The notes beneath the pieces are model-generated. The model was not told where the DNA came from. It was given only the letters and a program-made list of their open reading frames with translations, and ran no database searches. Shown piece after piece: positions 9,590 to 22,800 of a DNA stretch of 41,378 nucleotides (position 1 is its first letter; every line of letters starts with the position of its first letter). Source of the stretch: a virus (taxonomy: Duplodnaviria > Caudoviricetes); the IMG/VR virus record IMGVR_UViG_3300031628_000009, positions 1 through 41,378 of that record; one strand, written 5' to 3'. Both the position numbers and the translations under genes were made by a program.

Positions 9590-12500
9590 ATGAGCCAAGA
9601 ACGTACAGACAATCTATTCGCAAGTGAAAGTTGGACAGCAGTATATACAGCATTTTCCAATATTAGCCTTAAAGCATATGATTTTGACACAATTAGAACA
9701 GCACTTTTAGATTATACAGCAAAGACGTATCCTGAGAAATTTAATGATTTCGTAGCAAGTTCTGAATTCATTGCAATCTTAGACTTAGTTGCATACTTAG
9801 GACACAGTTTGTCGTTCAGACTAGACATGAACACTAGAGAGAATTTCATGGATACTGCTGAACGCAGAGTTAGTGTTCTACAGATGGCCAAATCACTCGG
9901 ATATAATAAGACTAGACCAGTCAATGCAAAGGGATTTATGAAAATCTCAAGTTTATCTACTACTGAAGCGGTACTAGATAATGAGGGCGTATCTCTTGCA
10001 GGAAAAACTATCAACTGGAACGACAGCAATAATGCAGATTGGTATGAAAACTTTATCACTGTTTTAAATTCATCATTTGCTGGAAATACTAAAATTCAAA
10101 ATCCATCTTCTGAATTGACAATTGCAGATGTAGAACACTCTTTGTACGAAATAAACGAAGACACTGCCTCTAAAAATGTAAACTACACATTCACTACTTC
10201 CATAGCAGGCGCAAACAGAAACTTCGAAGCAGTTCGTGTATTAATGGATAAGAAAACAACAAAAGTATACGAAGATGAGCCAAATATATCTAAAAACTTT
10301 ACACTTATAAACAGAAATGATAACTTGGGTTCTGCTAGTGACAGAACTGGTTTCTTTGTCTATGCAGTTTCGGGCGAATTACAGTTTAGTGATGCAAACT
10401 ATACCACAACTATTTCAAATAGAAGAGAAAAAATAAATGATGTTAACGTCTCCAATAGTGATGTTTGGGTACAAAGAATAGATTCAAATAGAGGATATGT
10501 ATCAAGTGTTAGTAAGGTAGATAATAATACACGTGAAACTGCAATCTATAACGCCCTACGAACTGGTAATGGTGACATAGTGAGTATTTCTACAGCAGAC
10601 AATAATGCAATTGAATTAAATTATCCAGATGGAATATTTGGCAATGCCGCAAGTGGTGGATACAGAACATGGTACAGACGAGTAGATAATGATAACTTCT
10701 CTGTAAACGCAGATGATATTGCAAATGCAATAATCACAATTCCATATGTAGGCAATGATAATAGAGTATATCAACTAACATTTACATTATCAAGTACTAG
10801 AGATTTTACTGAGAACTATGCAGGCGAAACATACGCAAGTGTACGTAGAATTGCTCCAAGAAGTTACTATACTCAGGACAGAATGGTCAATGCACAGGAC
10901 TATAATGTATATCCATTAACTCTTGGCAGTAACATTGTTAAAAAAGTAAAAGCAGTGAACACTTCTTTTGCAGGCAACTCTCGTTTCTTTGAAACTGACG
11001 ATGTACTAGGTCATCATTCTAATTTAAGTGTGACAGGTTCTGATGGGAGCCTATTTGTTGAAAGTGAGACAGTAAAAATTCCACTAAGATACAACAAAGC
11101 ACAGGGTAAGAGCGATAACTTTATAAGAAATGAACTTACTAAAGCAATAAAACATCCAAGTCTTTTAAATAATTTTTTCTACAAGTATAGTAGTAACGTT
11201 AGTGTAAATGTATCGGTTGCTAGACCGTACACGGTGACTACGACTAACAAGATGGTTATTAATTCTAACATAGATGTAAACGTAACCACAATATTCGAAG
11301 GCGATACATTTAAGTTAAGTGCGAATGATATAGTAACTTGGGCAAAAGTTCAAAAAGTAGGAGCAGTCAAGGCAGATGGTTCAAAAGATTATACACTGAA
11401 TAAAGTAATACCAGATAATGGCACTATCGCTAATGTAGTGCGTGGACTAAGAACAAAGTTCACTGAAGCAGAAGTAACTTCAATTAAAACTAAAATTGAT
11501 AGTGTGACAGAGACAACGTTTACTATAAAATATGCATTAAAAACTGGACAAGCAAACGTCTGGGAATGGCAACTACATACAGGTTCCACTCCGTCACAAG
11601 TGCATGTCGTGTTTAACTATAGTTCTGGAATTAGAGACAATGAATCAGAATATATTGCTGAACTTATTGGCAAAAAGATAGCATTTGAAAGTCGAGACCA
11701 AGTTAAATTCTTCTATGGAAACACTACTGATGTGGTTGATAACGAAACTAATTTATCAATGAGAGATGCTATATTCTTAAACTATAAAGATGGAACTACA
11801 GATAGTTCTTACTCGTCAACTACAAACACGCCAACAGTATCTATAGGACAGGCTCCAGTAACAAGTGCGGTTACATATAATTCAACAGGCGCTGAGTTTA
11901 AAGCAATATATCAATATACTGGTGCTAGACAGACGTACACATTTATCGATACAAATACCGCGGTAACAACACCGACTTATACGCACTCTCTTATATCACC
12001 AGATGGATTAGAATATCCATTATTACCAGCACATATACATTCGCCAACCATTGCGGCTGGAAAGATTATTGGAAATGCAACAGACTTAGCCGATGGCGAC
12101 GGAATTGATACTCTTACTCTGAGAATTGATGACTTAAGTACTATAACATCTTTATCATCAACGATAGGACTAGATAGTACAGTAACAGCATCTGCTGCCA
12201 CAAATTTATCAAATGTGAATATCACTATAAATTATGATGGTGCCGAAGACTCTTCTAACGCAGATAGTAGTTTTGCAAGTATTAGTACTTCTGATTTGAC
12301 TACGTTTGGCTTTAAAGGAAAACCATCGACATCGTATTTTAGTGCGGCAGCAACGGGTAGTAAATTTGTTTTCATCGATGAGGGTGATGTTGTAGAACAA
12401 AATGAAATTACAACGACATATGATACTGGCACATCATTATATAAATTTGTATTGCCATTTCAACATGTAGATACAGATGCAAGTACACCTGGAAATCAGA

Positions 12501-13858
12501 ACCAGTTAAATATTAACATACTAGACACCGATATTAAATTTAAGCAGTATGCTTATGGAGAATTCTCAATAGTAAGTGCAACTGCACTTACCACAAGTAA
12601 CATACTTCTTAGAACTGACACTGGAGCGTTTATCGATGCCGCCCACGTAACTGTTACAAACACAGTGGGTACAACTTATAAAATTGTTTTCTGGACATAC
12701 GCAATCTCTGTAAACGACCTCATTGACGTGTTTGTCGGAACAGCAACAACACTGTCTGACATTGCCAACTTCTCAGTTAGAGTTAAAGCCTCATTCGAGT
12801 TAGCAACAGTTGCCAATTCAACGAATACAACATACAAGTCAATATCTTCATATGTATATGACGACTACTTGACTGGTGCTGGATATAAAGATAATTCGAA
12901 AGTAAAACTATTCGCAGGCGATACAGACGACCATCCATACTCCATGCTTTCTGTTACTTCTGGTAACCAGATAATAATGGAAAGTTATACTAAAGACAAT
13001 ATAACATATGATAGAGCATCAAAGTTTGCAGTTGCGGCTGCACAAGCAAGTGCAGGAGTGCCAGATTCAAGCGTTCCAGCGACTGCTACATTGTGGTTTA
13101 ACACAACAACTAGTGTGTGGTATAAACGCATAGCAGGTGCATGGAATACAAGTTTTACATTTACTGCATTAGGAGACAACGGGATATTATATCAAACAGT
13201 GGCGTACGTGCCAAAAGAAGGAATAACTTTTGTCGAAGACAAGTTCACAAGTTTTAGATGGGACCATTATGCAGACTTAAATAAAAGAATAGACCCAAGC
13301 ACAAGTAATATCATAGACATGTATGTGTTGGGCTCAGATTACGTAAGAAACGTAGAAAAATGGGTAGGAAAGAAATTCACAACAGCAACTCCAATTGCTC
13401 CAAATAATTACGAGTTATCAAAAATAATGGACACTATTGAGCCAAAGGCAGCAATATCTGACCACATCGCTTATATACCAGTAGAATTTAAATACTTGTT
13501 TGGTTCGTATGCAAAAAATGAAAACCAAGCAATGTTCAAGGTGATTAAGAAATTGGGAGTTGGATACAGCGATAGTGAAATAAAAACCGCAGTGTCTACC
13601 AAAGTAAATGAATATTTTGCGATTGATAACTGGGACTTCGGAGCGACATTCTACTTCTCAGAACTAGCGGCGTACCTACATAAAGAATTGGGAGACTATA
13701 TTTCGAGTGTAGTAATTACTCCTAAATATTCTACAAATGAGTTTACTAAGTTACTTAGTATCTCTTGTGCTTTGAATGAAATATTTATGGCAGTAACCAC
13801 TTCGAGTGATGTAAAAATAATCACACAATTATCACAATCTGAATTAGTAGGCGAATAA
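9590..13858 (+). CDS. gp6: Baseplate wedge subunit gp6-like (baseplate J family), enlarged
   Basis: YDFDTIRTALLDY...FNDFVASSEFIAILDLVAY...ENFMDTAERRVSVLQMAKSLGY and ETYASVRRIAPRSYYTQDRMVNAQDY motifs. Follows gp25. 1422 aa. Confidence 0.85.
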   Translation: MSQERTDNLFASESWTAVYTAFSNISLKAYDFDTIRTALLDYTAKTYPEKFNDFVASSEFIAILDLVAYLGHSLSFRLDMNTRENFMDTAERRVSVLQMAKSLGYNKTRPVNAKGFMKISSLSTTEAVLDNEGVSLAGKTINWNDSNNADWYENFITVLNSSFAGNTKIQNPSSELTIADVEHSLYEINEDTASKNVNYTFTTSIAGANRNFEAVRVLMDKKTTKVYEDEPNISKNFTLINRNDNLGSASDRTGFFVYAVSGELQFSDANYTTTISNRREKINDVNVSNSDVWVQRIDSNRGYVSSVSKVDNNTRETAIYNALRTGNGDIVSISTADNNAIELNYPDGIFGNAASGGYRTWYRRVDNDNFSVNADDIANAIITIPYVGNDNRVYQLTFTLSSTRDFTENYAGETYASVRRIAPRSYYTQDRMVNAQDYNVYPLTLGSNIVKKVKAVNTSFAGNSRFFETDDVLGHHSNLSVTGSDGSLFVESETVKIPLRYNKAQGKSDNFIRNELTKAIKHPSLLNNFFYKYSSNVSVNVSVARPYTVTTTNKMVINSNIDVNVTTIFEGDTFKLSANDIVTWAKVQKVGAVKADGSKDYTLNKVIPDNGTIANVVRGLRTKFTEAEVTSIKTKIDSVTETTFTIKYALKTGQANVWEWQLHTGSTPSQVHVVFNYSSGIRDNESEYIAELIGKKIAFESRDQVKFFYGNTTDVVDNETNLSMRDAIFLNYKDGTTDSSYSSTTNTPTVSIGQAPVTSAVTYNSTGAEFKAIYQYTGARQTYTFIDTNTAVTTPTYTHSLISPDGLEYPLLPAHIHSPTIAAGKIIGNATDLADGDGIDTLTLRIDDLSTITSLSSTIGLDSTVTASAATNLSNVNITINYDGAEDSSNADSSFASISTSDLTTFGFKGKPSTSYFSAAATGSKFVFIDEGDVVEQNEITTTYDTGTSLYKFVLPFQHVDTDASTPGNQNQLNINILDTDIKFKQYAYGEFSIVSATALTTSNILLRTDTGAFIDAAHVTVTNTVGTTYKIVFWTYAISVNDLIDVFVGTATTLSDIANFSVRVKASFELATVANSTNTTYKSISSYVYDDYLTGAGYKDNSKVKLFAGDTDDHPYSMLSVTSGNQIIMESYTKDNITYDRASKFAVAAAQASAGVPDSSVPATATLWFNTTTSVWYKRIAGAWNTSFTFTALGDNGILYQTVAYVPKEGITFVEDKFTSFRWDHYADLNKRIDPSTSNIIDMYVLGSDYVRNVEKWVGKKFTTATPIAPNNYELSKIMDTIEPKAAISDHIAYIPVEFKYLFGSYAKNENQAMFKVIKKLGVGYSDSEIKTAVSTKVNEYFAIDNWDFGATFYFSELAAYLHKELGDYISSVVITPKYSTNEFTKLLSISCALNEIFMAVTTSSDVKIITQLSQSELVGE

Positions 13859-13859
13859 C

Positions 13860-16800
13860 ATGGCAAAGAAGATTTATGACTTTTTACCAGGACATCTAAA
13901 AAACCGCGAGTTAGAATCAATATTTGAAACGACACTTGACCGTGCCTTTTCAGTCGGTGAGATGGAGAAGACAAAAGCATTTGTCGGTAGAAAAGAAAAG
14001 GGAATATTTAAGACTAGTGACATCTATCTTTCATTTCCAGAACAATCATATGCGAGAGATAATTATGGATTAGAACCCGTATTCACAAATGCAGATGCAA
14101 GTGATAATGTTTTTTATGATGATTTACTTAATGCACTATACAATAAAGGTGCGTTAACAAATGACCATAGAAGATTATTCAATAGTAAAAGTTCATTACG
14201 CACTGTTGCTTTACCTATAGACTTAGATAAGTTTATCAACTACAGTATGTACTATTGGGTTTCAACTTCATTCCATGCCTCAATAACTGGTTCAGAGAAT
14301 AAACATTACGTCACAATCAATACAGACAAAACAAAGACGTACGGAACGGGCTCTTGGTGGTCAACAAATAATTATTGGTATCACTATGATGATATCAAAG
14401 ATTTGATACAAGATGCGAACTTTGATGAGATATCACAGGCAAAAAGACCAATCATAGAATTTGACCAACATATCGAACTAAGTGCAGAGAGTACTTCTAA
14501 ATCTTTAAGTGACACAAATTGGGAACTGCCAACATTTAAATCTTACAATTCTACTGGTACATATCAACGTGATATAAAAATATTTCACTATGTTATCGGT
14601 GAAAGTTATGTAACAGACGCAGAGTTGGGATTTAAACCTAAGTTAAAAGCCGGCGATTTTCAAAGTGAATACGTATTCAATATAGATTTACTAGATTCAT
14701 TACGATATAATTGGAAAGCAGATGCGAGTACTAATAGTTACAAGTCGCTAACAATGTCTACTACGTTTGATTATAGAAATTTAAGACAAGAAGTGGGTGA
14801 CCATCTTACAATTTCAGAAATAGAACTACTACAATCTCCTAAAGATTATGATTCAATAGACTTATATGTAAATGGACAGAAACAATTAGGAAACTATACG
14901 TACTCTGAGGCTACTAAGAAAATAACTATAGAAACAGCGGTATCAGGAAACATATACGTTGATTATTGCACAAGTACGCCAGTTATTTACGAGGGCAAAA
15001 CAGTATTTCAGAGGATTAATCCTGCACTTGAGTATAATGTCGACAACAAGTCTTACGTAAATTCAGATATGACATTCTCTCTGGTTTATGAACACTTTGT
15101 TCGTATAATAGAATCAACGCCAACATTAACTGGTGATGCTGATGCTATAAACAATTATAGAAATATTGGCGATGACACAGACAAGTTAAGACACGCAGAT
15201 AAAGGTAGTATTCTAGTTACTAACTTGATAGATATTAAAGAGGCATATTTTGCACTAACAAGAGAAGACTATAATCCTATTAAAGGAACAGAGTTTTTAT
15301 CGAATTCATACAACAGTTACAAGAATAAATTTTTAACTACAGTCATTGAGGCTCTAGCGGACGGTTCTAGTACAACTAAAACGGACTTACAAATCGTAGA
15401 AGAAGCCATCAGTGCTATATCTCTCGGAAAACATACAAGTGTGAGTATTTTCAGAGATAGTACTATGTTAAACTTTGGTGAAAAACACGCACACTATCAG
15501 CAACTTGACGTAACAGTTATTGATAATGCAACTGAACAAGTAATGCCTAGTTTCACAGACGCAATTCTATATGACAAGAATATAGTTGTGATATTAAACA
15601 ATGTAATCCAGCGTTTCAACGTAGATTATACATTATCTTCTGGCGCTACAGAAATAAACTTTACTACCGCAAGGTCATCTAGTGATATAATAACGGTCAG
15701 ACATTATACTAATATAAAAGAAACTTACATACCGCCAAGTGCAACATCATTAAACATAAGACCAGCGTATGTTCCAGAGATTATTACTGACTCGGGATAT
15801 AGCACTCCAGTTAAATTTATTAAAGGTCATGATGGCTCATTAGTTCCTGCTTATCCATTAGTGGATGGTGGAACAAATAGAATAGATACAATATTACTCG
15901 CATTTGAAACTCTGATATTTAATAATCTAACAGACAACACAAATAGCACTATTGATAGTATGAACTATGCAATGTATAGTTCTGCAACTAACGACTACTC
16001 AAGTGCCGAAAAGAAATATATCATGTATCCTTTCTTTAAGAAGTGGATGATGAGAAATAGTATAGATAATTTGACTAATGAATCATATGATGTAACTGAT
16101 TACAAAACATGGAACTATAGAGTAAAAAACGAAACATTTAGTGGCAATTGGAGAGGACAATTAATACATGCTTATGGAACAGATAGACCTTTAATAGAAC
16201 CCTGGAAAGCAATGAAATTGTCACAAAAGCCAGCAAACTTCGATTCGGTTTGGGGTGCAACATACACAACTGTAGCGTTTTGGAATAATCTTATATCAAA
16301 TAATTCTTTAACTTGTCCAGTTCCAGTCGATGCCTCAGGAAACTTAAAAACGCCAGCAAACTTATTTTTTGGAGGTGTATTTACTGCAAGTGATATTGCA
16401 TTGGCAGACCAGGCATGGGAGTTCGGAGATAACTCTCCTGTTGAACTTGCGTGGACTCGTAGTAGTGAATTTGCTTTCGCAGAATTCTTACTAATGTTAT
16501 TGTCGAATCCATTTGAGATTATGAACACATATAAAACTCAGATAGCAGATATTATATCATACTCTAACAAGAATGAAGGAATTAATAATACAGTAGTAAT
16601 CGCAGATAAACTAAACTATTCATTTAAGTTGGGTTCAAAGTTAGGCGGATTTGTTAACAACTTTAAATTACAAACAGAAAACAACTCATTATCAAATAGT
16701 AGATTTACTGAATTACCAGAAGATAATTTTGACTTATTTGTCCATGATGGAGTACCAAATAGAAGCGAATTCTTCAGTGCGATTGTTGTTGAAAAGGTGT

Positions 16801-19800
16801 CAACTGCGGCTGCCCATCCAGTTTATGCTCTTGCTGATACATCTACTTACTACAAAGGACTAGTTGTCCTAAACACTAGTGATGGGAAATATTATAAAAG
16901 AAAAATAGATGGCGTGTCAGCAAAAGAAACTGCGGCTGCAATTACTTTTGATTATGCAAGTTGGACACTTATATCTCAGCCAAAAGTTGATAAGTTTGGT
17001 TTTAGAATTCACGGTTATGATGAAATTAATCCTACATTTTATGCAATGGGATGGGACAAAGCAAGTGGTGAAAAAGCATTCTCAACTGAGGGCGACAGAC
17101 TTACAGTAACACCTTGGCAATCTGGTGAATACTATAGAATGGACTCATATACATTATGGAATAACGCTCCGTATGTATGTCTTAATAATCACACATCTAC
17201 AAACTTCGATGATAATCTTAAAGAATGGAAACCAGTATCAGAATGGCCAACAACGAACAAAGTTCAAGCAATTGGTTATAACGAATTAGTAAATGACACT
17301 TTAAAGAATTATAATTACGGAGATATATTAGATACGGTAGATGATGTTGCACATTTAATTATGGGCTATGAACATTATCTTAACTTAGTGGGCTGGGAAT
17401 TTACAGATTCAAGTGAATTTGGAGAGCAAGTAGATTGGGAAAATTTATTATACAAATTCTTAGAATGGCAATCAGAAAATAATAAAGTTGGAGATTTCAT
17501 TACTCTTACTCCGTTACTTACAGGTGGTAGATTTAAGACAGATTACGGTGTGGCGAGTGTAGCAACTGAAACTTTTAAGAACTACTATCGTATGGTAGAT
17601 TCGTCTGGTAGACTTATACCAAATTCTGAAGTTAACTTTCACACAGATGGTTCCACCTTAACATTTACAAGTAATGTTCCTATCTATGGAATGAAGATGG
17701 ACATAAGAGATGTCGAACACGCATTCGTAGTTGACAGAATTGACAGTTATGAAGATGTCATATATGACCCACATTCACATACTAGAAATCTTAGAATGCA
17801 AATTGATTGCAACCGAACAATAGATTGGGATGGAACTATGACGGTTGATGGTTACATCGTACACAACGATGAGTTAATACCAAACTTTGATACGATGATT
17901 GCTGAAACTCAACACTACAGAGACACCCTAGTCGACCAAGGTCTATCTATTATTAATAAGTTAAAATCAAATCATTACGGATATACTACAAAAGCGTATC
18001 TAACAAATCATGGAATTGAACGTGAGTCTCAATTGGAATTTTATAAAGGATTCTTGGCACACAAATCAACTGTTTCTAGCATTAATAAGATTGTAAACAA
18101 CAATGGCGATTTTGAAAATATAACTCATTCTGATATTTGGGCAATCAAACTAAGTGAGTATGGACATAAGTCCTCAAAATTCACAATGACAAAAGATGTC
18201 ACAGTAAGTGATATGATTCAAGACCCATTTTTAATAGAATACACAGACATATCTAAAGAGTTCACACCAGTTGTCAATAAAAGTAACATAGCAATTAAAA
18301 CAACTGGATATGTAAACGAATCTGATGTAAGTTATATAACAAGTACATATGATTCATTAACATCTTTGACAGCAACATCTTTGTATGAAGGAGATACTGC
18401 ATGGGTACAATCAGATGCAGAAAGAGAATGGGACGTGGTAAGACTCAGCGAAGTAGCCGAAATAAGTTATGTAGGTGAAACATCAGATAACCAACTATAT
18501 ATCGGAACTGCTTCTCCTATTAGCACCTCTTCTATTGCTAAACCAATTTATCTAAAGATATCTGCCGATGAAATAAATCCAATTATTGCAGGATATTATT
18601 TGTTATCTACTAACGGATCTAAAACTGTAAGTGGAAGCACAGTGCATGAATATTTGGTGTTTGAAGAAGATTTCGAGCCACTAACTGTTGAGATAGATTC
18701 AACGACTACGAATAGTGTATTTGTTCCTACTAATACAAACTCTGGTGTAGAAGCAATTGGTTCAGTCAGTAATCCAGTGTTTAGTTCTGGTGATATCATT
18801 GCGATTGATGGGACAAATTTCACTTATACTCCATCAGGTGGAACTAGTACCGGAATATCAATTCTTGGAACAGTTGCAAATTCAATAGTGGCAGAGGGCG
18901 AACAAGCAAGTTTTGTTGTGTACAACGATGCTGGATTAGTCGAGAATGGCACTAATACAACTGTTACATTCTCTGGAACAGTAGCAACGACAACAGGTGC
19001 ATTTAGTTCAACACAAGGTGACCAAGTAACAATCGATGGGACAACAGTAACGGTGGGATATAGTGCAACAGACACTATATCAAATACTACAACAGCAACA
19101 AGAAGTTCAACATTAACTACAGGAAATACTGTTATTATTGATGGAATAACAAAGACAATTACAGACTTGAGTCTCACTGGCACAGTTGCTTCTCCAGTTA
19201 TGCCTTCTACTAAGCCACTGACGATTAATGGCGACACGATTACATTAAGTAGTGGAGCAAACTTAGCCGCAATTGTTATTGCGATTAATTCAGGAACTAG
19301 TAGCGTTGTAGCCTCGACTTCTGGAAGTAATTTAGTACTGACAACATCAGTGTCACAACTAACTATGACTGGCGGTTCACTAATTGACTTGGGACTATCT
19401 ACGACAAACGCATACACAGACTCTAAACTAGATAATTTAGCAACAGACCTGACTACTATAACTAATATCACGGCGACAGTAAGTGCTAATAATCGCATGA
19501 CTGTAGTAAGTTCAGGAACTCAGATGATTATTTCTGGAACAGCATTAACTGAGTTAGGAATCACAGCAGGTACATATCTAACAAGTTCTGCTCCAACGGC
19601 AGATAGCATAGTCGCACAAATTAATGCGTTATCTGTTTCTGGTGTTACTGCCACAGTAGTAACAGGTACAGTTAAGATAACAAGTATAAATCATAACTTA
19701 GATATAGTTGAAGTAACTTCGGGAGCAATGAGTAGATTAGGATTTGCAACCACTACGATTGCAATTGATGCCACTGATAGAATAGTATCTGACTTAAATA

Positions 19801-22800
19801 CTCAAGTATTCTCAGGCGCAACAGTTACCGCAGTTAAGTCAGACAGACAAGTAAAAATAACAAGTTCAGAGAAGAGCATAGTTGCAAGTAATATTATTGG
19901 AAACTCTCTTTCTGACATGGGCATAACAGCGGGTACGTATAGTAATTCGTCATCATCAAGTCCAAGTGCATTGGAATTTGCTAGCCAAATTACTTCTGCA
20001 TCAGATATAGTAGTGGGAATTTCAAGTGATGGTAGAATGATATTCACTAATAATACTGTGCAAATGTCGTTCTCTGGAACAACTACATCAATATTAACTA
20101 AGATAGGACTAGTGTTAACATACTCAAATGTTACATCAAGTGCGAATTTCAAAGCAATGCTTTGGAAATCTATAAGATATACTCCTGGATTTAATGGAAG
20201 TACTAGAACTGAATTTGAAACTGACCTTGGACTGAATAGTGCAAGTAAGTTATGGATAGATAATTACGATACGAATGGGTGGGGAGTACTAAGTTATAAT
20301 CCAGTTAGTGGTACATCGGTTCATGCCAAACAGGCGACTGTTATTAATAGTAATTTAACGAAACGATTAATAGTAAAAGATGGCGAAGAGTTCACAATAC
20401 ATCATATATATGACCCTCTTAACTTAAAAATATCAGGCTCAATAATGTCTAAACTAGATTACGTTATGTGGACTGACCCAGCGAAGTATGATACTACAAC
20501 AAGTAATGATTTGTGGTTAGATGAGAAGTTAAACACAATGTGGTGGGATACAGAACTAGCACGTTATTATCGTTATAATGATTATGGCGATGCATCTGGT
20601 AATTTGAATATTGATTTTGTAAGAAAGTATTGGGGCAAAACAGTAGATAGTTCTACGATACTAGTAAAGAAATGGACAAAATCTAGAACATTACCATTGG
20701 CTACAACTTCATATAATTCAAAAACATATTACGACACAGATGCCGGTAAAGAAATAACAGAGTACTTCTTCTGGTCATCAACAGACGCAGATGCAAAAGA
20801 TATCTCAATATTACTAGCGGCAGACGGACCTAAGAATAAATTCTTACCAGTTGGAAAAAGAAGTGTAGTCATTAGTAATAATTCTAAATCATATAACAGT
20901 GATACAATTACAGCATCAACAGAATATCAAATAGAAGACGGAATCGAAAAAGAACATACTGATTGGAAAATGTTACCACAAGACACGTCAACTCCAATAC
21001 CAAAGGAGTTCATAGATGACTTAACAAACTCTATCTCTGGAATCACTATATCAACAACGTATGCTACAAAACTTACAGCACCGCAATTGAGTAATGTTAA
21101 CTTTGCGATAGTCACGCCAGTTGATAGTAATAATATTCAATTTATTACTGGACTAACAGTAGATGATATCGTAGTAACTACGAATGGAATGACGGTGGAA
21201 GCACAGTATTTGACTATTGAAAGCAATACTTTAAAAATTAACCAAGACCATACAATGACTGTGGGAGATGTACTACGAGTTTATAAAGTAATAGAGACAA
21301 CTGATAATTGGTTCACACGTAAATACACGGCAAGAGATAACTTTGTTGCGGTTATAAATTCAGCAATGAGTAATAAACTATTACTATCTTCGTACTCCAA
21401 TTATACGCAGTACATAGATACAGACGACATTATTTTTAGTCTAGGTGATTGGTACTTAAATGATAGTTTTAAAAAAATTACTTCCTTCTCGTATCTCTCT
21501 AATACTAGAGAGTTCGATATGATTGAACAATATGAAAAAGGTATAAAGTCATTTAAAATAAAGTTACCAACACATGATGAATATTACTTTGAACACAACG
21601 GCAAACTACAATTAGTTAATAGAACCAAGAGTTCACTGAACATAAGTCTTAGATTAGATTCTCTAGTATATCCAGAGACCAAAACTGCTGGCACATTTGT
21701 AATTGGTAAACAGTATGAAATACTAACAACTGGCACAACAGACTTCACGTTAGTTGGCGCAGGTTCTAACTCATCAGGTAGTAGGTTTACAGCAACGGGC
21801 GTAGGTAGTGGAACAGGAACAGCATTTGACAACTACTACAACAATGCTGTGGGAATTCAAATACAAGAATTGATGAATATGATTAGAACTCATTCCGATA
21901 CTTCGTTTGTTAATAATATTTTCTATAGCATGATTGATTATCTATACACAGAGAAATCATATCCTTCTTGGTTGTTTAAGACAAGTTATTTTGACCTAGA
22001 CTTGCATAGCCGACCACTTAAGCAACATGCAATATACCAGAGAGATAGTGAAGCAGACATTTTAGAATACGTCAGAGAAACAAAACCATATCATGCAAAG
22101 ATAAGAGAAATTAAACGAATAAACAAAGCCAGTGATAAAGCAATACTAACCACAACTATTGACGAAAAACTAAAACTTACTTTAGACTTTGGTAAAGCCA
22201 GTAGATATGCCGAAATGGTATATGATGGTATATCTGATACAGACATTGCTGACGGAGATTACGAACAAGGAGAATTACTAAGATATCGAACTACATCTAC
22301 AAATGTAGCCGGTGGATTTGATACTGGCGAAGTAAGTGCTAGAACAGTAGAGTCTTCAGTAGTCATAATACAGAATTATAAAAATGGTGGAGCAGATGCT
22401 GACATTCATGCATCAGACGGAAACTTAGCAGGATTTACTCTTGACAAAACAGAGTTTTACGTGTATGATGTGTATGGTAGAGGTTATAATGTTCCTATTA
22501 AAGATTGGGGCACGTTATCAGAAAACTGGACAATTACGGCGGGTTCATTTGTAATCGGTAGAGAATACACTGTGACTAAAACAGGAACAACAGACTTTAC
22601 ATTAGTAGGTGCGGCTGATAGTAAGGTAGGTACAGTGTTCACAGCAACTGGTATTGGCGCTGGCACTGGTACTGCCAGGGGTCCATTCATATTGACTGCA
22701 CTGACAGGCACAGCGACAGCACAAGAATTAAGTGCTTCGAAAAATAATAAGAAATTGATTGCAGTACAAAGTATTAGTAATCCAGATAACGTAGAGTTCA

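Noticed and set aside
18824-19498. 224-aa minus-strand ORF and the other antisense ORFs inside long genes
   Set aside because: Shadow frames of Thr/Ser/Val-rich sense codons; low-complexity translations with no family motifs.
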